In this document: positions 18,183 through 28,932 of the stretch, in pieces
Position numbering within the stretch: the stretch's first letter is position 1
Layout of the letters: every line of letters begins with the position of its first letter
Origin: Spirochaetia bacterium
GTDB taxonomy: Bacteria > Spirochaetota > Spirochaetia > DSM-2461
NCBI GenBank assembly: GCA_963666985.2
Contig: CAXXIA010000001.1
Location: 832,001 to 896,000 of the forward strand
Direction: 5' to 3'
Length of the DNA stretch: 64,000 nucleotides
Program-made: the position numbers and the translations under genes
Notes under the pieces: generated by a model
The model's database searches: none
Seen by the model: only the letters and a program-made list of their open reading frames with translations
What the model was told of the DNA's origin: nothing

Positions 18183-18900
18183 ACCCCTTCTGCTTTCAGC
18201 GGGCGTCCATGTCGCGATCTTGGCCGCTCTCCTGGCATTCGGGTTCATCCGAATCCCGGAAGAAACAATAACGCATACCGTGCATCTGAAACTTTCCCGC
18301 TCGGCCGCCGCCGGTTTCTCGGGCCCCGCCGAGGCATCCAGGCCGGAAGACGTTGAAAGAGACGGCCGGCGGAATTGGACGGTTCCGCCGGGCAATCGGG
18401 AAGATCGGAACGAATCCTTGCCTCAAAATCATTTTTTCGAACCGGTTCCGAAAATTGTCGAATTAAATACGAATCTCTCCCATCGGGATATCTCGTTTAG
18501 GGAATTGTCGGAACGAATCTCCGAAGCGATTCTCGACCCCCTGGAGGGAATGGAAGGATTTCTTCCGTCCGAAGAGAAGCCCGAAGATGTCGGTTTTGTA
18601 AGAAAGTGGTCTCTTTCCTGGGAAGAAGGCGGTGAACGCGGTATTCTTTCTTCGTTGGAGATTGACGGCGATGTATTTCCGGACACGCCTGAACGTCTTT
18701 CTAATATAACCGTCCGTATTGCCGTTTCTCCGCAGGGAGAAGTTTTGTCGGCGGAAATCGAAGAACAGGGATCCGGAGACATCCGAATCGACAGATATCT
18801 CATCTCATGGGCGCTTAATTTGGTTTTTGAACCGATACCGCCGGAGAGTTCCATACAGAACGGCGAGTTTCGTCTGTATTTTTCGGATGGTGATGCATGA
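18166..18900 (+). CDS. TonB/TolA-like energy transducer
   Basis: N-terminal TM with SxxxH (SAGVH), a linker, and a TonB_C-like end (VRIAVSPQGEV..SGDIRID..FEP). Follows exbBD. Confidence 0.75.
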   Translation: MTLIAKPLLLSAGVHVAILAALLAFGFIRIPEETITHTVHLKLSRSAAAGFSGPAEASRPEDVERDGRRNWTVPPGNREDRNESLPQNHFFEPVPKIVELNTNLSHRDISFRELSERISEAILDPLEGMEGFLPSEEKPEDVGFVRKWSLSWEEGGERGILSSLEIDGDVFPDTPERLSNITVRIAVSPQGEVLSAEIEEQGSGDIRIDRYLISWALNLVFEPIPPESSIQNGEFRLYFSDGDA

Positions 18901-21900
18901 GGGGCGTCTTGGGGCGAAGAGCCGCTCATCGTCTTCAGATCTCGATTCTTCTCGCCGCCATCGGAATCGGTGCGGCTCTCCTCGGTCCGCTTAAAGCCGA
19001 GGCCGACAGGCGCGCGGATACTCTGAAAAACAAGTTCATCGGCCAGCTGGAAGAGAACCTCAACATCACAATCGGTTATGAGAGCATTTCACCGGCCCTT
19101 CTTTCGGCCGTAACCGTAAGGAATCTTCGGGTTGATTTTGAAGGAGGTTCTTTCGTCGCGGATAAAGTCCGCGTTTTCTACAACCCCTTAAGCGGTAAGG
19201 GAAAACGCAAATTGAATCCGGCCCGGATGATTTCACGCATCAGCGTCGACGAAGGGCGTCTTGATGTGTTTCTCCCCGATTTGGAATTCGCCGAACAGGG
19301 AAAAAAAGACGGGGATTCGTTCGATCCGTGGCCTCTTCTTTTGGACAAAACGGTCATACTGACGAATTTTACCGCTTCCGTTGATATCGGCGGAAGAACC
19401 TCGGCCGTTGCCGAGGACGTTTCACTCTCGCTGAAGGCGAAAGACGATGAAGTACGGTATGTTTTAAAAAGTTCGATTCAAATCGATGACGACGGATTAA
19501 ATGAGAATTTAGGCGTTATCGGAGCGAAAATCGATTCCGACGGAGTCTTTTCTCCCTCGGGCGGAGATATCAACGGGCGCATAGACGTTGGAGAATTCCA
19601 TACCGATGTGGTCAGGATTCTGCCCTTATCCGTAGATTTTACTTACGCGGAGGGAGAGGCAACCATCAGACGAATCGACGATCATTCCCCGATTGATTTG
19701 TCCGCGAAATATTCCGGAGATGTCTGGGAAGTCGCCTGTGAAACCGAAAATCTCAGAATCGACGATATTGTCTTACCCGGGGAAAAAAAAGCGGGATTGG
19801 CTCCGTGGTTTTCTTCCGTTATGAACGGAACATTGAGTCTTTCCGGCAATTCCGACTTCTCAGAACTTCGCTATAGCGCCGATATCACCGTCGATATTCC
19901 CGAAGAGCCTTCGCCTTGGCCTTTGACCGCTTCTTTGAAAATCGACGGAGATAAGAAGACCGTCAGGGTGAACCGTTTTAATGCGGATTCACTGTGGGGA
20001 GAGGCGTCATACAAAGGAACAATCGGGCTGAACGGGATTGCTCCCGAAGGCGCCTTGAACGTGGTTCTGAACGAAGATGTTCTCGGGTATCCTCTTCGGG
20101 CTGAATTCCTTTTGGAAACTCAAGGAAAAACCATCTCGGCACGGCCTCTTGGATTTGAGGCCGCGGGCATGGAATTCCACGATTTCAGCTTTCTCATTGT
20201 TTATGGTGAGGGAACATACGCCTTATCGCTGAATGCCGTTCCCGCGATGCCTGAAGATGATGCCCCCCGGAGAATCCTCATCGATGCTCTGCTTGATGCC
20301 GGAGCAAAACCCGTCGTTCATGGTTTTGCTTCCGTGGAAGGATTCGAAGCCGCGCATATTGCTCGTTTCGCGGGAATATCGGGGGTGGACGGACTTCCCT
20401 TGGTTAAAAACTCAAGATGCGACATCTCCGCCTTTTTTGAAGCGAACGGACAATCCTGGGTTCTTTCGGTTGAAGACGCCCTCATTGTCGATAAAGAAAA
20501 AACGAATAATGTCGTGAGACTCAGCGGGCGGGCTTATCCGGGGAATTGGCGCATCGACAGTCTCAGAATGTCCTGGAACGATTATGTCGTCGATGGGAAA
20601 ATCTCCGCTCAGGGAAACAGCCGTACGGGTCTGTTCGACGGCCGCTTTGTCGTCGAGGAGAGCCTTTTTGCTCTCAATGGGGAATGGCATGAGGACGGCA
20701 GGATCGACATCGATTCGAATTTCGGTTTATCGGCGTCCTTCGGAGAGAAAAAACTCAGAGGCCGATCCGTAAAAATCACAGGAGATGATATATCCGTACC
20801 CCTTAAAGACGGATATCTGGTTGCCGATGTCGATGCAAGAGGACAAATCAATAAGGAAGATTGGCACCTGTATTTGGATTCCTTGGATTTGAAGATGACA
20901 AACAGAGCTTCGATAGGGGATCTTTCATTTTCCGCAAGAGGGACGATCAATCCGGGGAATCTCGTTCTTCCCGTTATCGCTCTTAAAGATGATTTGGGTG
21001 AATTGAAAGGAAACGCCGTTGTCGCGATTGAAGAGTCTGGACGCGAATTAAAAGGAAAGGTTTTTTTAAACGGGGCGGAAGGAGAGCGCTACGATCTGTC
21101 TCTGTTAAGAAGCAATGAAATCTGGGATATCGGTATGGGGATTACTTCCGCCGAATTGGCGCGCTTCCAAAGGGAACGGCTTTCGGGACGAATCGACATT
21201 AATGGCCGAATGTCCGGTTCGCTTGACAATCCTAAGATAACACTGGGCTTCAAATCGAGAGACGGATATCTGGACGGCAAGCAATTCGATGTCGAAGGCA
21301 AAGCGGTTATGGAATCGCGCCGTCTCAGAGTGTATGACATCACATTCAAAAACGAGGGAGTTGTTCTGGAACGCGGATTGGCGATTGCGGATTTGAATGA
21401 AGGGAATTTAAGATCCACGGCGGAAATTAATGCGAATTTCAACCAAGTTCCCGTTTCAACGGGTTTCTCCCTGGCCTTGGATTTTCGCAAAGGTCTCAAT
21501 CCGTCGGATTTTTTTGGAATGGAGGCTTTAAACTATACAGGAACCCTTGCCTCCAGACCCGTAATCTGGGATTCAAAACCTCATCTTCCTCCCTTTACGT
21601 TTCAATTTACAAAAGATGATGAGGCCTTCCGCATCAAGAATCCGAACGGCCGGATACTCGACATCGTTTATTTATTTGATTCCGGACGTCTTGATGTTTT
21701 TTCAGCCGATCCTTTGCCCATTGCCGTTCAAGGCGGAGGTTTCATTTCAGGGGGCCGGATGGATCTTTCCTTCCCTGATTTGGAAATAGATCCGATCCTT
21801 ATTAATTACTTCATGAAGAGAGATCCCATCCTTCGGCAATACTATGTCGTCTTTCAAGGCGGGCGGTTCATCGGGAATCTCAATCTTGACGGTCCGACCG

Positions 21901-23237
21901 GAGACGCGGATCTTTACGGTACGTTAAGGGCTCAAGATCTTATCGTCGATACACCCTACACCTATGCCGATATTTTGCCGGCAAGTTCCGATATTATTTT
22001 CAACGGAAACAAGATTACGTTCGAAAGACTCCAAATCCCCGTCGGCAAGGGAATTGTCTACGGTTACGGATCTGTCAACATCGACAGATGGTCTCTGACG
22101 GATTTCGATATGCATTACGGGGGAATGGCGACTTCAAAAGGAGAAGGCGTTCCCATTTATTATCCTCTTTTCGGACTCTTTATCGACGGAATGTTCACCG
22201 GTGATATTCACATGACCGGCAACGGAAAAAAATATTTTCTGGATGCCGAGTTAACCTTCCCTTATTTAAAGGCGTGGCTGGGCGATACGCCCACGCCCGT
22301 AGACCAGAGGAAACCGGGGAAATTCCCCACACCCGTGTTTCTGGATTTCGATTTGATAACGGGGAACAACTGCACGTTTTATCTGCCGAATGAGCAGTTT
22401 AAAATCGTCCGGGCCACGGCGGAATCGGGGAAAAGACTTTCTTTTATTTACAGTACGGACCCGAAAAATCTTTCGCTTACCGGCGTGCTTCCGATTAAAA
22501 ACGGCGAGATTTTCTACTTCGACCGTGATTTCCAAGTTACGGAAGGCGAAATGAGATTCAACGAAAATCTCATCGAGTTTGATCCCGTACTCTCCTTTCG
22601 CGCCGAAACGAAAGTTCGGGACGATGAGGGTGATGATGTTACCGTCGCTCTTGTTTATAATGCACCCGTCGGAACGGACTTTCAGCCCAGTATTGAAACG
22701 GAGCCGAAAAGATCGGAAACGGAAATCCTCGCCCTGTTCGGACAGGCGGTTGTTCCGTATGCCGAATCGCGCGAAACGGACGCCGGAACGGTTCTTCTCG
22801 CTACCGGGGGGATGTTCGGTCAGGTGGGCATTGTTCAGCCGTTCGAGGATGTTCTCAGAGAGGGGTTAAATCTTGACATGGTATCAATACAAACGGATAT
22901 AATCGAAAACACTTTGGCGGAAGGTCTGACCAGGAGCGGAAGTACGAACAGCTCTTCAACAACTTCCGGCTTGGGACGTTATTTGGACAACACGAGCCTT
23001 TTCGTCGGTAAGTATATCGGCAATTCATTGTTCCTATCGAGTTCGCTTACGGCAAGTTATCTCGAAGGACAGAGACTACGATCCATATTCGGGGAGCTTG
23101 AGTTCGAAACTTCAGTCAGCCTGGAGATGGAAACTCCGTTTTTCAATGTCGCTTGGTCGTATTCCCCCGATTCGACGAAAGACCGGAATTTCATCGACAA
23201 TAACGAAATATCCCTTAAATGGCAATTTGCATATTAG
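18897..23237 (+). CDS. tamB: TamB/AsmA-like translocation and assembly module protein
   Basis: 1446 aa with an N-terminal anchor, beta-rich body and DUF490-like C-terminus (FVGKYIG..SLKWQFAY). Directly upstream of bamA. Confidence 0.85.
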   Translation: MRGVLGRRAAHRLQISILLAAIGIGAALLGPLKAEADRRADTLKNKFIGQLEENLNITIGYESISPALLSAVTVRNLRVDFEGGSFVADKVRVFYNPLSGKGKRKLNPARMISRISVDEGRLDVFLPDLEFAEQGKKDGDSFDPWPLLLDKTVILTNFTASVDIGGRTSAVAEDVSLSLKAKDDEVRYVLKSSIQIDDDGLNENLGVIGAKIDSDGVFSPSGGDINGRIDVGEFHTDVVRILPLSVDFTYAEGEATIRRIDDHSPIDLSAKYSGDVWEVACETENLRIDDIVLPGEKKAGLAPWFSSVMNGTLSLSGNSDFSELRYSADITVDIPEEPSPWPLTASLKIDGDKKTVRVNRFNADSLWGEASYKGTIGLNGIAPEGALNVVLNEDVLGYPLRAEFLLETQGKTISARPLGFEAAGMEFHDFSFLIVYGEGTYALSLNAVPAMPEDDAPRRILIDALLDAGAKPVVHGFASVEGFEAAHIARFAGISGVDGLPLVKNSRCDISAFFEANGQSWVLSVEDALIVDKEKTNNVVRLSGRAYPGNWRIDSLRMSWNDYVVDGKISAQGNSRTGLFDGRFVVEESLFALNGEWHEDGRIDIDSNFGLSASFGEKKLRGRSVKITGDDISVPLKDGYLVADVDARGQINKEDWHLYLDSLDLKMTNRASIGDLSFSARGTINPGNLVLPVIALKDDLGELKGNAVVAIEESGRELKGKVFLNGAEGERYDLSLLRSNEIWDIGMGITSAELARFQRERLSGRIDINGRMSGSLDNPKITLGFKSRDGYLDGKQFDVEGKAVMESRRLRVYDITFKNEGVVLERGLAIADLNEGNLRSTAEINANFNQVPVSTGFSLALDFRKGLNPSDFFGMEALNYTGTLASRPVIWDSKPHLPPFTFQFTKDDEAFRIKNPNGRILDIVYLFDSGRLDVFSADPLPIAVQGGGFISGGRMDLSFPDLEIDPILINYFMKRDPILRQYYVVFQGGRFIGNLNLDGPTGDADLYGTLRAQDLIVDTPYTYADILPASSDIIFNGNKITFERLQIPVGKGIVYGYGSVNIDRWSLTDFDMHYGGMATSKGEGVPIYYPLFGLFIDGMFTGDIHMTGNGKKYFLDAELTFPYLKAWLGDTPTPVDQRKPGKFPTPVFLDFDLITGNNCTFYLPNEQFKIVRATAESGKRLSFIYSTDPKNLSLTGVLPIKNGEIFYFDRDFQVTEGEMRFNENLIEFDPVLSFRAETKVRDDEGDDVTVALVYNAPVGTDFQPSIETEPKRSETEILALFGQAVVPYAESRETDAGTVLLATGGMFGQVGIVQPFEDVLREGLNLDMVSIQTDIIENTLAEGLTRSGSTNSSSTTSGLGRYLDNTSLFVGKYIGNSLFLSSSLTASYLEGQRLRSIFGELEFETSVSLEMETPFFNVAWSYSPDSTKDRNFIDNNEISLKWQFAY

Positions 23238-23247
23238 AGGAGCTTGA

Positions 23248-25749
23248 ATGCAGCGAATAGTTACGGCACTGCTCCTGATTTCCCTGTTATCCGCAGTCGC
23301 GGCGGCGCAGGACGATCAGTGGTATCTTAACAAACCGATAGCCGATATCCGTTTCGAAGGTCTTTCATCCATATCCGAGAACGAACTGCTCGGCTTGATG
23401 CGTCCTTATATCGCGAAACCGTATACGGACGTCCTCTCATGGGAAATCCAAGGCAAACTCTACGCATTGGATTATTTCGATATCATCATTCCGGACCTTA
23501 TTCCCGTTAATGAAAATTTGGAGCAGGTTATTCTTGTTCTTCATGTTGAGGAAAAACCGGAAATAACCGATGTGCTTTTTACCGGCAATAATAAAATCCG
23601 CCGCGGGGAACTGCTGGATACGGTTCTCGTCAAATCGGGAGATCTTCTGAATCCCGGTTCTTTGCGAATCGACGAACAGGCTATTGTCGATTTTTACTTG
23701 GAAAAGGGCTTTATAGAAGCGACGGCGGTCTCAAGATATGAAGTCAATGATCAGACCAACAAGGCTGTTGTGTATTTCGACGTCGTTGAAGGAATGCAGA
23801 CGAAAATCAGTGAAATCCGTTTCGTGGGAAACGACATTCACGTATCGGACAGCACGCTGCGGAGCCTCATGCAGACGAAAACACAGTCATTGTTCAATAA
23901 AGGTTTGTTTGTCGAAACAAAACTTCAGGAAGATATCAAGGCCATTGAACAATATTACGGAGATCAGGGATTCATTGACGCGGAAGTGGAGGATATCGCC
24001 AAGGATATTGTTTTCGACAAAGAAGAGAATCTCAACAAGATGGTTATCACGATCGTCATTAAAGAAGGAGATTCCTGGACTTTTGGCGGATTAACTTTTG
24101 TCGGAAATTCCATTTACACCAAAGAGGACTTGGACGTTCTTGTTTCTCAAGAATCCGGTGAAACGTTCAGCCGGACGAAGTTCCAAATGGATTATCAAAG
24201 AATAACGGATCAGTATTTCGAAAACGGATATATATTCAACACCTTTACCTATGAGGAAAAAAGAGATCCTGAGAAACGAACGGTTTCCTACCTGGTGTCC
24301 ATTACCGAGCGGGATCGGGCTCATATCGAGAACATCATCATCAGGGGTAACGATAAAACGAAGAGTTATGTTATCCGTCGGGAAATTCCTTTGGAAGAAG
24401 GTGAAGTTTTCAGTAAAACGAAAATCTATAAAGGGATGATGAATCTCTACAACCTTCAATATTTCGACGCGGTTGAACCGAATCCCTATCCCGGAAGCGA
24501 AAACGGACTGATGAATCTTGTCGTCGATGTTTCCGAAGGGAAAACATCGGATATCGGATTCGGACTTTCCTTCAGCGGCGGAACGGATTTCCCGATTTCC
24601 GGACAAATCAGCTGGAACGATCGGAATTTTCTCGGACGCGGGCAGACCTTGGGAGCGGAAATAACGGCATCTCCCGATGTGCAGCAGGTTACTTTGTCGT
24701 TTACCGAACCGCGCCTGTTCGGTAAACGCTGGAGCGGCGGAATCGATTTTACGTGGAGCCGCCGCGACAACGCGACCGCCAATCAGGATAAAGATGGGAA
24801 CGGTATTCCCGATCCGTTTACAACTTGGGCGGAGTACGACGCCGCCGACGGCGATGTGCCGGACGATTCCCTGATGGAATACAAGTCCAACTATTTATCG
24901 TCGGGAGTCAATACAGGATATTCATGGGTAACGAAATACGGGCGCTTTGCACTTTCAACCGGCCTTCGCGTTACCTGGCAGTACGTTAATTACGATGCCG
25001 ATATTTACACGCCTTATAATAAAACGATCCGTTCGAATCTCGACACCTGGAAGTACAGCGACAGTATTTCGCTGAGCACCAGCTGGGATACACGGGATTT
25101 GCAATATGATCCGACTAAAGGATTCCGTCTGGGCGAAACGCTCACCTATACGGGAATCCTGCGGAATTATTCGAGTAAGAATTTCATCAAGTCCGTAACC
25201 AAGGGAAGCTATAATCTCATGCTTTTCGATATTCCCCTGAAGGAAGAAGAGAAAACTTTCCGGTGCGTTATGTCAGTCAGCAGTGCCTTCAACGCGCTTT
25301 TTAATAAGCCCAATTGGACTCAGGACGATGATTATCTTGAAACCGACGGATTCTATATCGACGGCATGTTCGTTGCCAGAGGCTGGCCGTCGGCGGAATC
25401 GGATTATTACAAGTACCTTTGGGACAATACTCTTCAATTCAAATTCCCGCTCTTCCCGAACATCCTTTCCTTTGATGTGTTCCTGGATGCGGTCGGTGCC
25501 TGGACGGCCAACCGAGGGGATACCCATTCGCTTCTGGACATGCATGGCAACGATTGGATGTTCAGTCTCGGAGCCGGACTTCGTTTCGCGAATCAGCAGT
25601 TCCCCATAGGAATCTATCTTGTGAAGCGATTTCAATGGACCGCGGACGGCACCTTCACGTGGTTCCCCGACGATCCCGACAACGAATATTATGAGTTTAA
25701 CAAGTCAGGTATCGATATCGTTATCGCATTCGACATGGATATTTACTAG
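23248..25749 (+). CDS. bamA: Outer membrane protein assembly factor
   Basis: Signal peptide, POTRA repeats (IRGNDKTKSYVIRRE), NFLGRGQ, FTEPRLFG, WDTRD, ARGW, C-terminal aromatic residue. Confidence 0.95.
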   Translation: MQRIVTALLLISLLSAVAAAQDDQWYLNKPIADIRFEGLSSISENELLGLMRPYIAKPYTDVLSWEIQGKLYALDYFDIIIPDLIPVNENLEQVILVLHVEEKPEITDVLFTGNNKIRRGELLDTVLVKSGDLLNPGSLRIDEQAIVDFYLEKGFIEATAVSRYEVNDQTNKAVVYFDVVEGMQTKISEIRFVGNDIHVSDSTLRSLMQTKTQSLFNKGLFVETKLQEDIKAIEQYYGDQGFIDAEVEDIAKDIVFDKEENLNKMVITIVIKEGDSWTFGGLTFVGNSIYTKEDLDVLVSQESGETFSRTKFQMDYQRITDQYFENGYIFNTFTYEEKRDPEKRTVSYLVSITERDRAHIENIIIRGNDKTKSYVIRREIPLEEGEVFSKTKIYKGMMNLYNLQYFDAVEPNPYPGSENGLMNLVVDVSEGKTSDIGFGLSFSGGTDFPISGQISWNDRNFLGRGQTLGAEITASPDVQQVTLSFTEPRLFGKRWSGGIDFTWSRRDNATANQDKDGNGIPDPFTTWAEYDAADGDVPDDSLMEYKSNYLSSGVNTGYSWVTKYGRFALSTGLRVTWQYVNYDADIYTPYNKTIRSNLDTWKYSDSISLSTSWDTRDLQYDPTKGFRLGETLTYTGILRNYSSKNFIKSVTKGSYNLMLFDIPLKEEEKTFRCVMSVSSAFNALFNKPNWTQDDDYLETDGFYIDGMFVARGWPSAESDYYKYLWDNTLQFKFPLFPNILSFDVFLDAVGAWTANRGDTHSLLDMHGNDWMFSLGAGLRFANQQFPIGIYLVKRFQWTADGTFTWFPDDPDNEYYEFNKSGIDIVIAFDMDIY

Positions 25750-25758
25750 GAGCCGAAC

Positions 25759-26277
25759 ATGAAACGTCTTGTCATTGCCGTTACTCTGATTGCCGCGGCA
25801 TCATCATCGCTTTGGGCCGAACAGATAACCAAGGTTGCCGTTCTGGATTATTCCAGAATCCTTGCCGCGTTTTACGCGGATTCCGCCGAGGTTCGTCGGA
25901 TTGAAGAGATGAAAAAAGCCTTCGCGGATGAAGTTCGCCGGCTGCAGGATGAAATCCAGGGTTTGGAGGAACGGAAACTCGAAGCGGAGAACCGCGGCGA
26001 TTCCCGAGCGGCCCTGGAACTGGACGATCGCATCCAGGAGCGCAAACAGTATTTTCAGGAATACACACGAGTCCGCGGGAATCAGATTCAGCGGGCTTTG
26101 ACCGATCTTTCATCCAGCAATGCCCTTGCCCAGGAAATATTGAAGGAAGTGCAGTTTATCGCGGAAACACACGGATTCAGCATTGTTATTAAACGTTCCG
26201 ATCCCAATCTTCTGTGGTGGAGCTATGAAACCGATATTACGGAGCTTGTTTTGGAACGGCTGATGGGATCGCACTGA
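25759..26277 (+). CDS. skp: Skp/OmpH periplasmic chaperone
   Basis: Signal peptide, KVAVLD, coiled coil, DITELVL. Follows bamA. Confidence 0.9.
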   Translation: MKRLVIAVTLIAAASSSLWAEQITKVAVLDYSRILAAFYADSAEVRRIEEMKKAFADEVRRLQDEIQGLEERKLEAENRGDSRAALELDDRIQERKQYFQEYTRVRGNQIQRALTDLSSSNALAQEILKEVQFIAETHGFSIVIKRSDPNLLWWSYETDITELVLERLMGSH

Positions 26278-26290
26278 TAAGCCTTCGACC

Positions 26291-28882
26291 ATGCCGGATT
26301 CCAAGGAAACGACGCCGATGTTCCGCCAATACGCGGAACATAAAAAAAAGCACAAAGACGCCGTGCTTTTTTTTCGCATGGGGGATTTCTATGAGATGTT
26401 TAAAAGCGACGCGGTTGAAGTCAGCCGTCTTTTAAACCTGACCCTAACCCAGCGCCAGGGAATCCCCATGTGCGGCGTTCCCTATCATGCGGCGGGAAAT
26501 TACATCGCCCGCCTGCTGAAGCTGGGGAAAAAAATCGCCATTTGTGAGCAGATTGAGCTTCCCGTCGGCGGCAAGGGGCTGGCCAAGAGGGAAGTGGTTG
26601 AAATTGTAACCCCGGGAACCGTCGTGGACGATTCCTACCTGGACGAGAAAACAAACAATTACCTTGCGGCCGTCGGGGGAAATCCCGAAGAGCCTGTTTT
26701 TATTTATGTCGATCTCTCCACGGGAGAATTTCGCGGAACGCTCCTCACCGGCGAAAAACCGAGAGACGCCCTTCGCCGGGAACTCGCACGAACATCGCCG
26801 CGGGAAATCATCGTCAGAGAGGCTCTCCTTGAAGAAGATGATTTCGCTTTTCTTGCCGACGAAGGCGTTGTGCTCGACAGAAAACCGGATTGGTCTTTCG
26901 ACGCGGAGTCCTCACAAGAAAGGCTGAAGCGGCTGTTCGGCACGGTAAACCTGAAAGCGTTCGGTCTGGAATCCGGCAATCCTCTGATTCCCGTCGCCGG
27001 AGCCGTTCTGGAATATCTGGAAGATCAGCACAAAGCACTTTTAACGCATATTCGCGGTATTGAAATTTACGGTGAAACGGATGCGGTCGGACTCGACGAA
27101 TCGACGATTCGCAATCTTGAAATTGTCCGGAACCTTCAAGACGGCGGAACGGCCTATACGTTGATTGAAACGTTGGATCATACCAAAACCGCATCGGGAG
27201 CCAGAAGACTGCGCTCGCGGCTGTTGCGGCCCTTCCCCGATGTGAACGAAGCAAGAAGGCACCTTGATCGGGTGGAAGCGCTGTACAGGGATCAGGCGAA
27301 ACTTTCATCACTCAGAACGGTTCTGTCGGGGATTCTGGATCTGGAAAGACTTTCGGCAAGAGCCTCCATGGATCGGGCTCATGCCAAAGACCTTTTGGCG
27401 ATTCACCAGTCCTTGGAAAAATCCCGTTCATTAAGGGACATTGTCGGTGATGAACTTCTTGACGACTCATCCGACGGACTGGATGAACTGTTCAATCCTT
27501 TGACGGAACTCTCGATTCTGCTCGGTTCTTCCCTGATGGACGATCCTTCCATCCTTCTTACGGAAGGCCGTCTTATCAGGGAAGGGTGGGATGAAGAACT
27601 GGATCGGATGCGGCATGTCCGCGACGATGGGAAAAAACTCCTGGAGGACTATATCGCCGAAGAAAAGGCGGCCACGGGTTTATCTTCACTGAAGCTCAAA
27701 TACAATCGCATTCTCGGTCATTTCATTGAAATCTCGAAGAATCAGGCGGAAAAAGTCCCCGACCGTTTTCGCCGTCGTCAATCCTTGACGCAAGCGGAAC
27801 GGTTCTCCACGAACAGACTGGAAGATCTTCAAACCGAAATACTTTCTGTTGGCGAACGTATCGTAGAAAAAGAAAAGGAGCTTTTCCTGGATATCCGTGA
27901 ATCGGTCAAGGAGCGGATCGATTCCCTGATGCGGTTGGCGAGTATTCTCTCGGAAATCGATGTAACACAGTCTTTTGCTCATGCCGCCGCCGAATACGGA
28001 TACGTGAGGCCCCAACTGAGTGAAGATATCCGTCTTGTCATCGAAGGCGGCCGTCATCCTGTGGTGGAACATCATATGCCCAGGGGCACGTTCGTTCCCA
28101 ACAGCGTCTCGCTGGACGGAGAAGGCATCTCTTTCGGAATGGTCACCGGTCCGAACATGGCCGGTAAATCGACGGTTCTCAGGCAGGTCGCGCTGATTGT
28201 CCTTATGGCGCAGTCCGGCAGCTTCGTGCCGGCCGATTCCGCGAGGATCGGCGTTGTCGATAGGATCTTCTGCCGTGTCGGTGCTTCTGATAATCTGGCA
28301 CGCGGGGAATCCACCTTCCTTGTCGAAATGAACGAAACGTCCAATATTCTCCGTAATGCGACTTCCGGAAGTCTGGTTATCATGGATGAAGTGGGAAGGG
28401 GAACGGGAACCGAAGACGGGCTGGCCATCGCGCACGCCGTTTGCGAACATCTTCTGGGGGATATTTCACCGCGGACTCTTTTTGCCACTCACTATCGGGA
28501 ACTTACGAGAATCGAACATAAGAAAATGGCCAACTTTTCGATGGCCGTTAACGAGAGTCCAGAAGGAATCGTGTTCCCCAAAACTCTTATTGCCGGTCCG
28601 GCGGAGGCCTCTTACGGAATCCATGTTGCCGCTTTGGCGGGCCTGCCTCAATCGGTCGTTCGAAGAGCGGAAGAGTTTATGGCCGACCGCGGCGGCCTTT
28701 CGATTCACACGGAGCCCGCTTCGGTTCGAACCTCCGCCGTACATGATTTTGCACCGCTCCTTTTTGATCCGGGCGATATCATTTTGGATACCCTCAGGGA
28801 TCTTGATATTGACGGCATAACTCCCCTTGATGCGTTAAACCTTATGCATCAATGGAAGAAAGAACTCAAATACGAAGATTAA
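26291..28882 (+). CDS. mutS: DNA mismatch repair protein
   Basis: TPMFRQY, FRMGDFYEMF, TGPNMAGKST, STFLVEM, DEVGRGT, ATHY. Confidence 0.98.
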   Translation: MPDSKETTPMFRQYAEHKKKHKDAVLFFRMGDFYEMFKSDAVEVSRLLNLTLTQRQGIPMCGVPYHAAGNYIARLLKLGKKIAICEQIELPVGGKGLAKREVVEIVTPGTVVDDSYLDEKTNNYLAAVGGNPEEPVFIYVDLSTGEFRGTLLTGEKPRDALRRELARTSPREIIVREALLEEDDFAFLADEGVVLDRKPDWSFDAESSQERLKRLFGTVNLKAFGLESGNPLIPVAGAVLEYLEDQHKALLTHIRGIEIYGETDAVGLDESTIRNLEIVRNLQDGGTAYTLIETLDHTKTASGARRLRSRLLRPFPDVNEARRHLDRVEALYRDQAKLSSLRTVLSGILDLERLSARASMDRAHAKDLLAIHQSLEKSRSLRDIVGDELLDDSSDGLDELFNPLTELSILLGSSLMDDPSILLTEGRLIREGWDEELDRMRHVRDDGKKLLEDYIAEEKAATGLSSLKLKYNRILGHFIEISKNQAEKVPDRFRRRQSLTQAERFSTNRLEDLQTEILSVGERIVEKEKELFLDIRESVKERIDSLMRLASILSEIDVTQSFAHAAAEYGYVRPQLSEDIRLVIEGGRHPVVEHHMPRGTFVPNSVSLDGEGISFGMVTGPNMAGKSTVLRQVALIVLMAQSGSFVPADSARIGVVDRIFCRVGASDNLARGESTFLVEMNETSNILRNATSGSLVIMDEVGRGTGTEDGLAIAHAVCEHLLGDISPRTLFATHYRELTRIEHKKMANFSMAVNESPEGIVFPKTLIAGPAEASYGIHVAALAGLPQSVVRRAEEFMADRGGLSIHTEPASVRTSAVHDFAPLLFDPGDIILDTLRDLDIDGITPLDALNLMHQWKKELKYED

Positions 28883-28932
28883 TTTTTAGAATTTTTTCAA
28901 GGATTTACGATTCGGAACATGTCTAATCGGAC

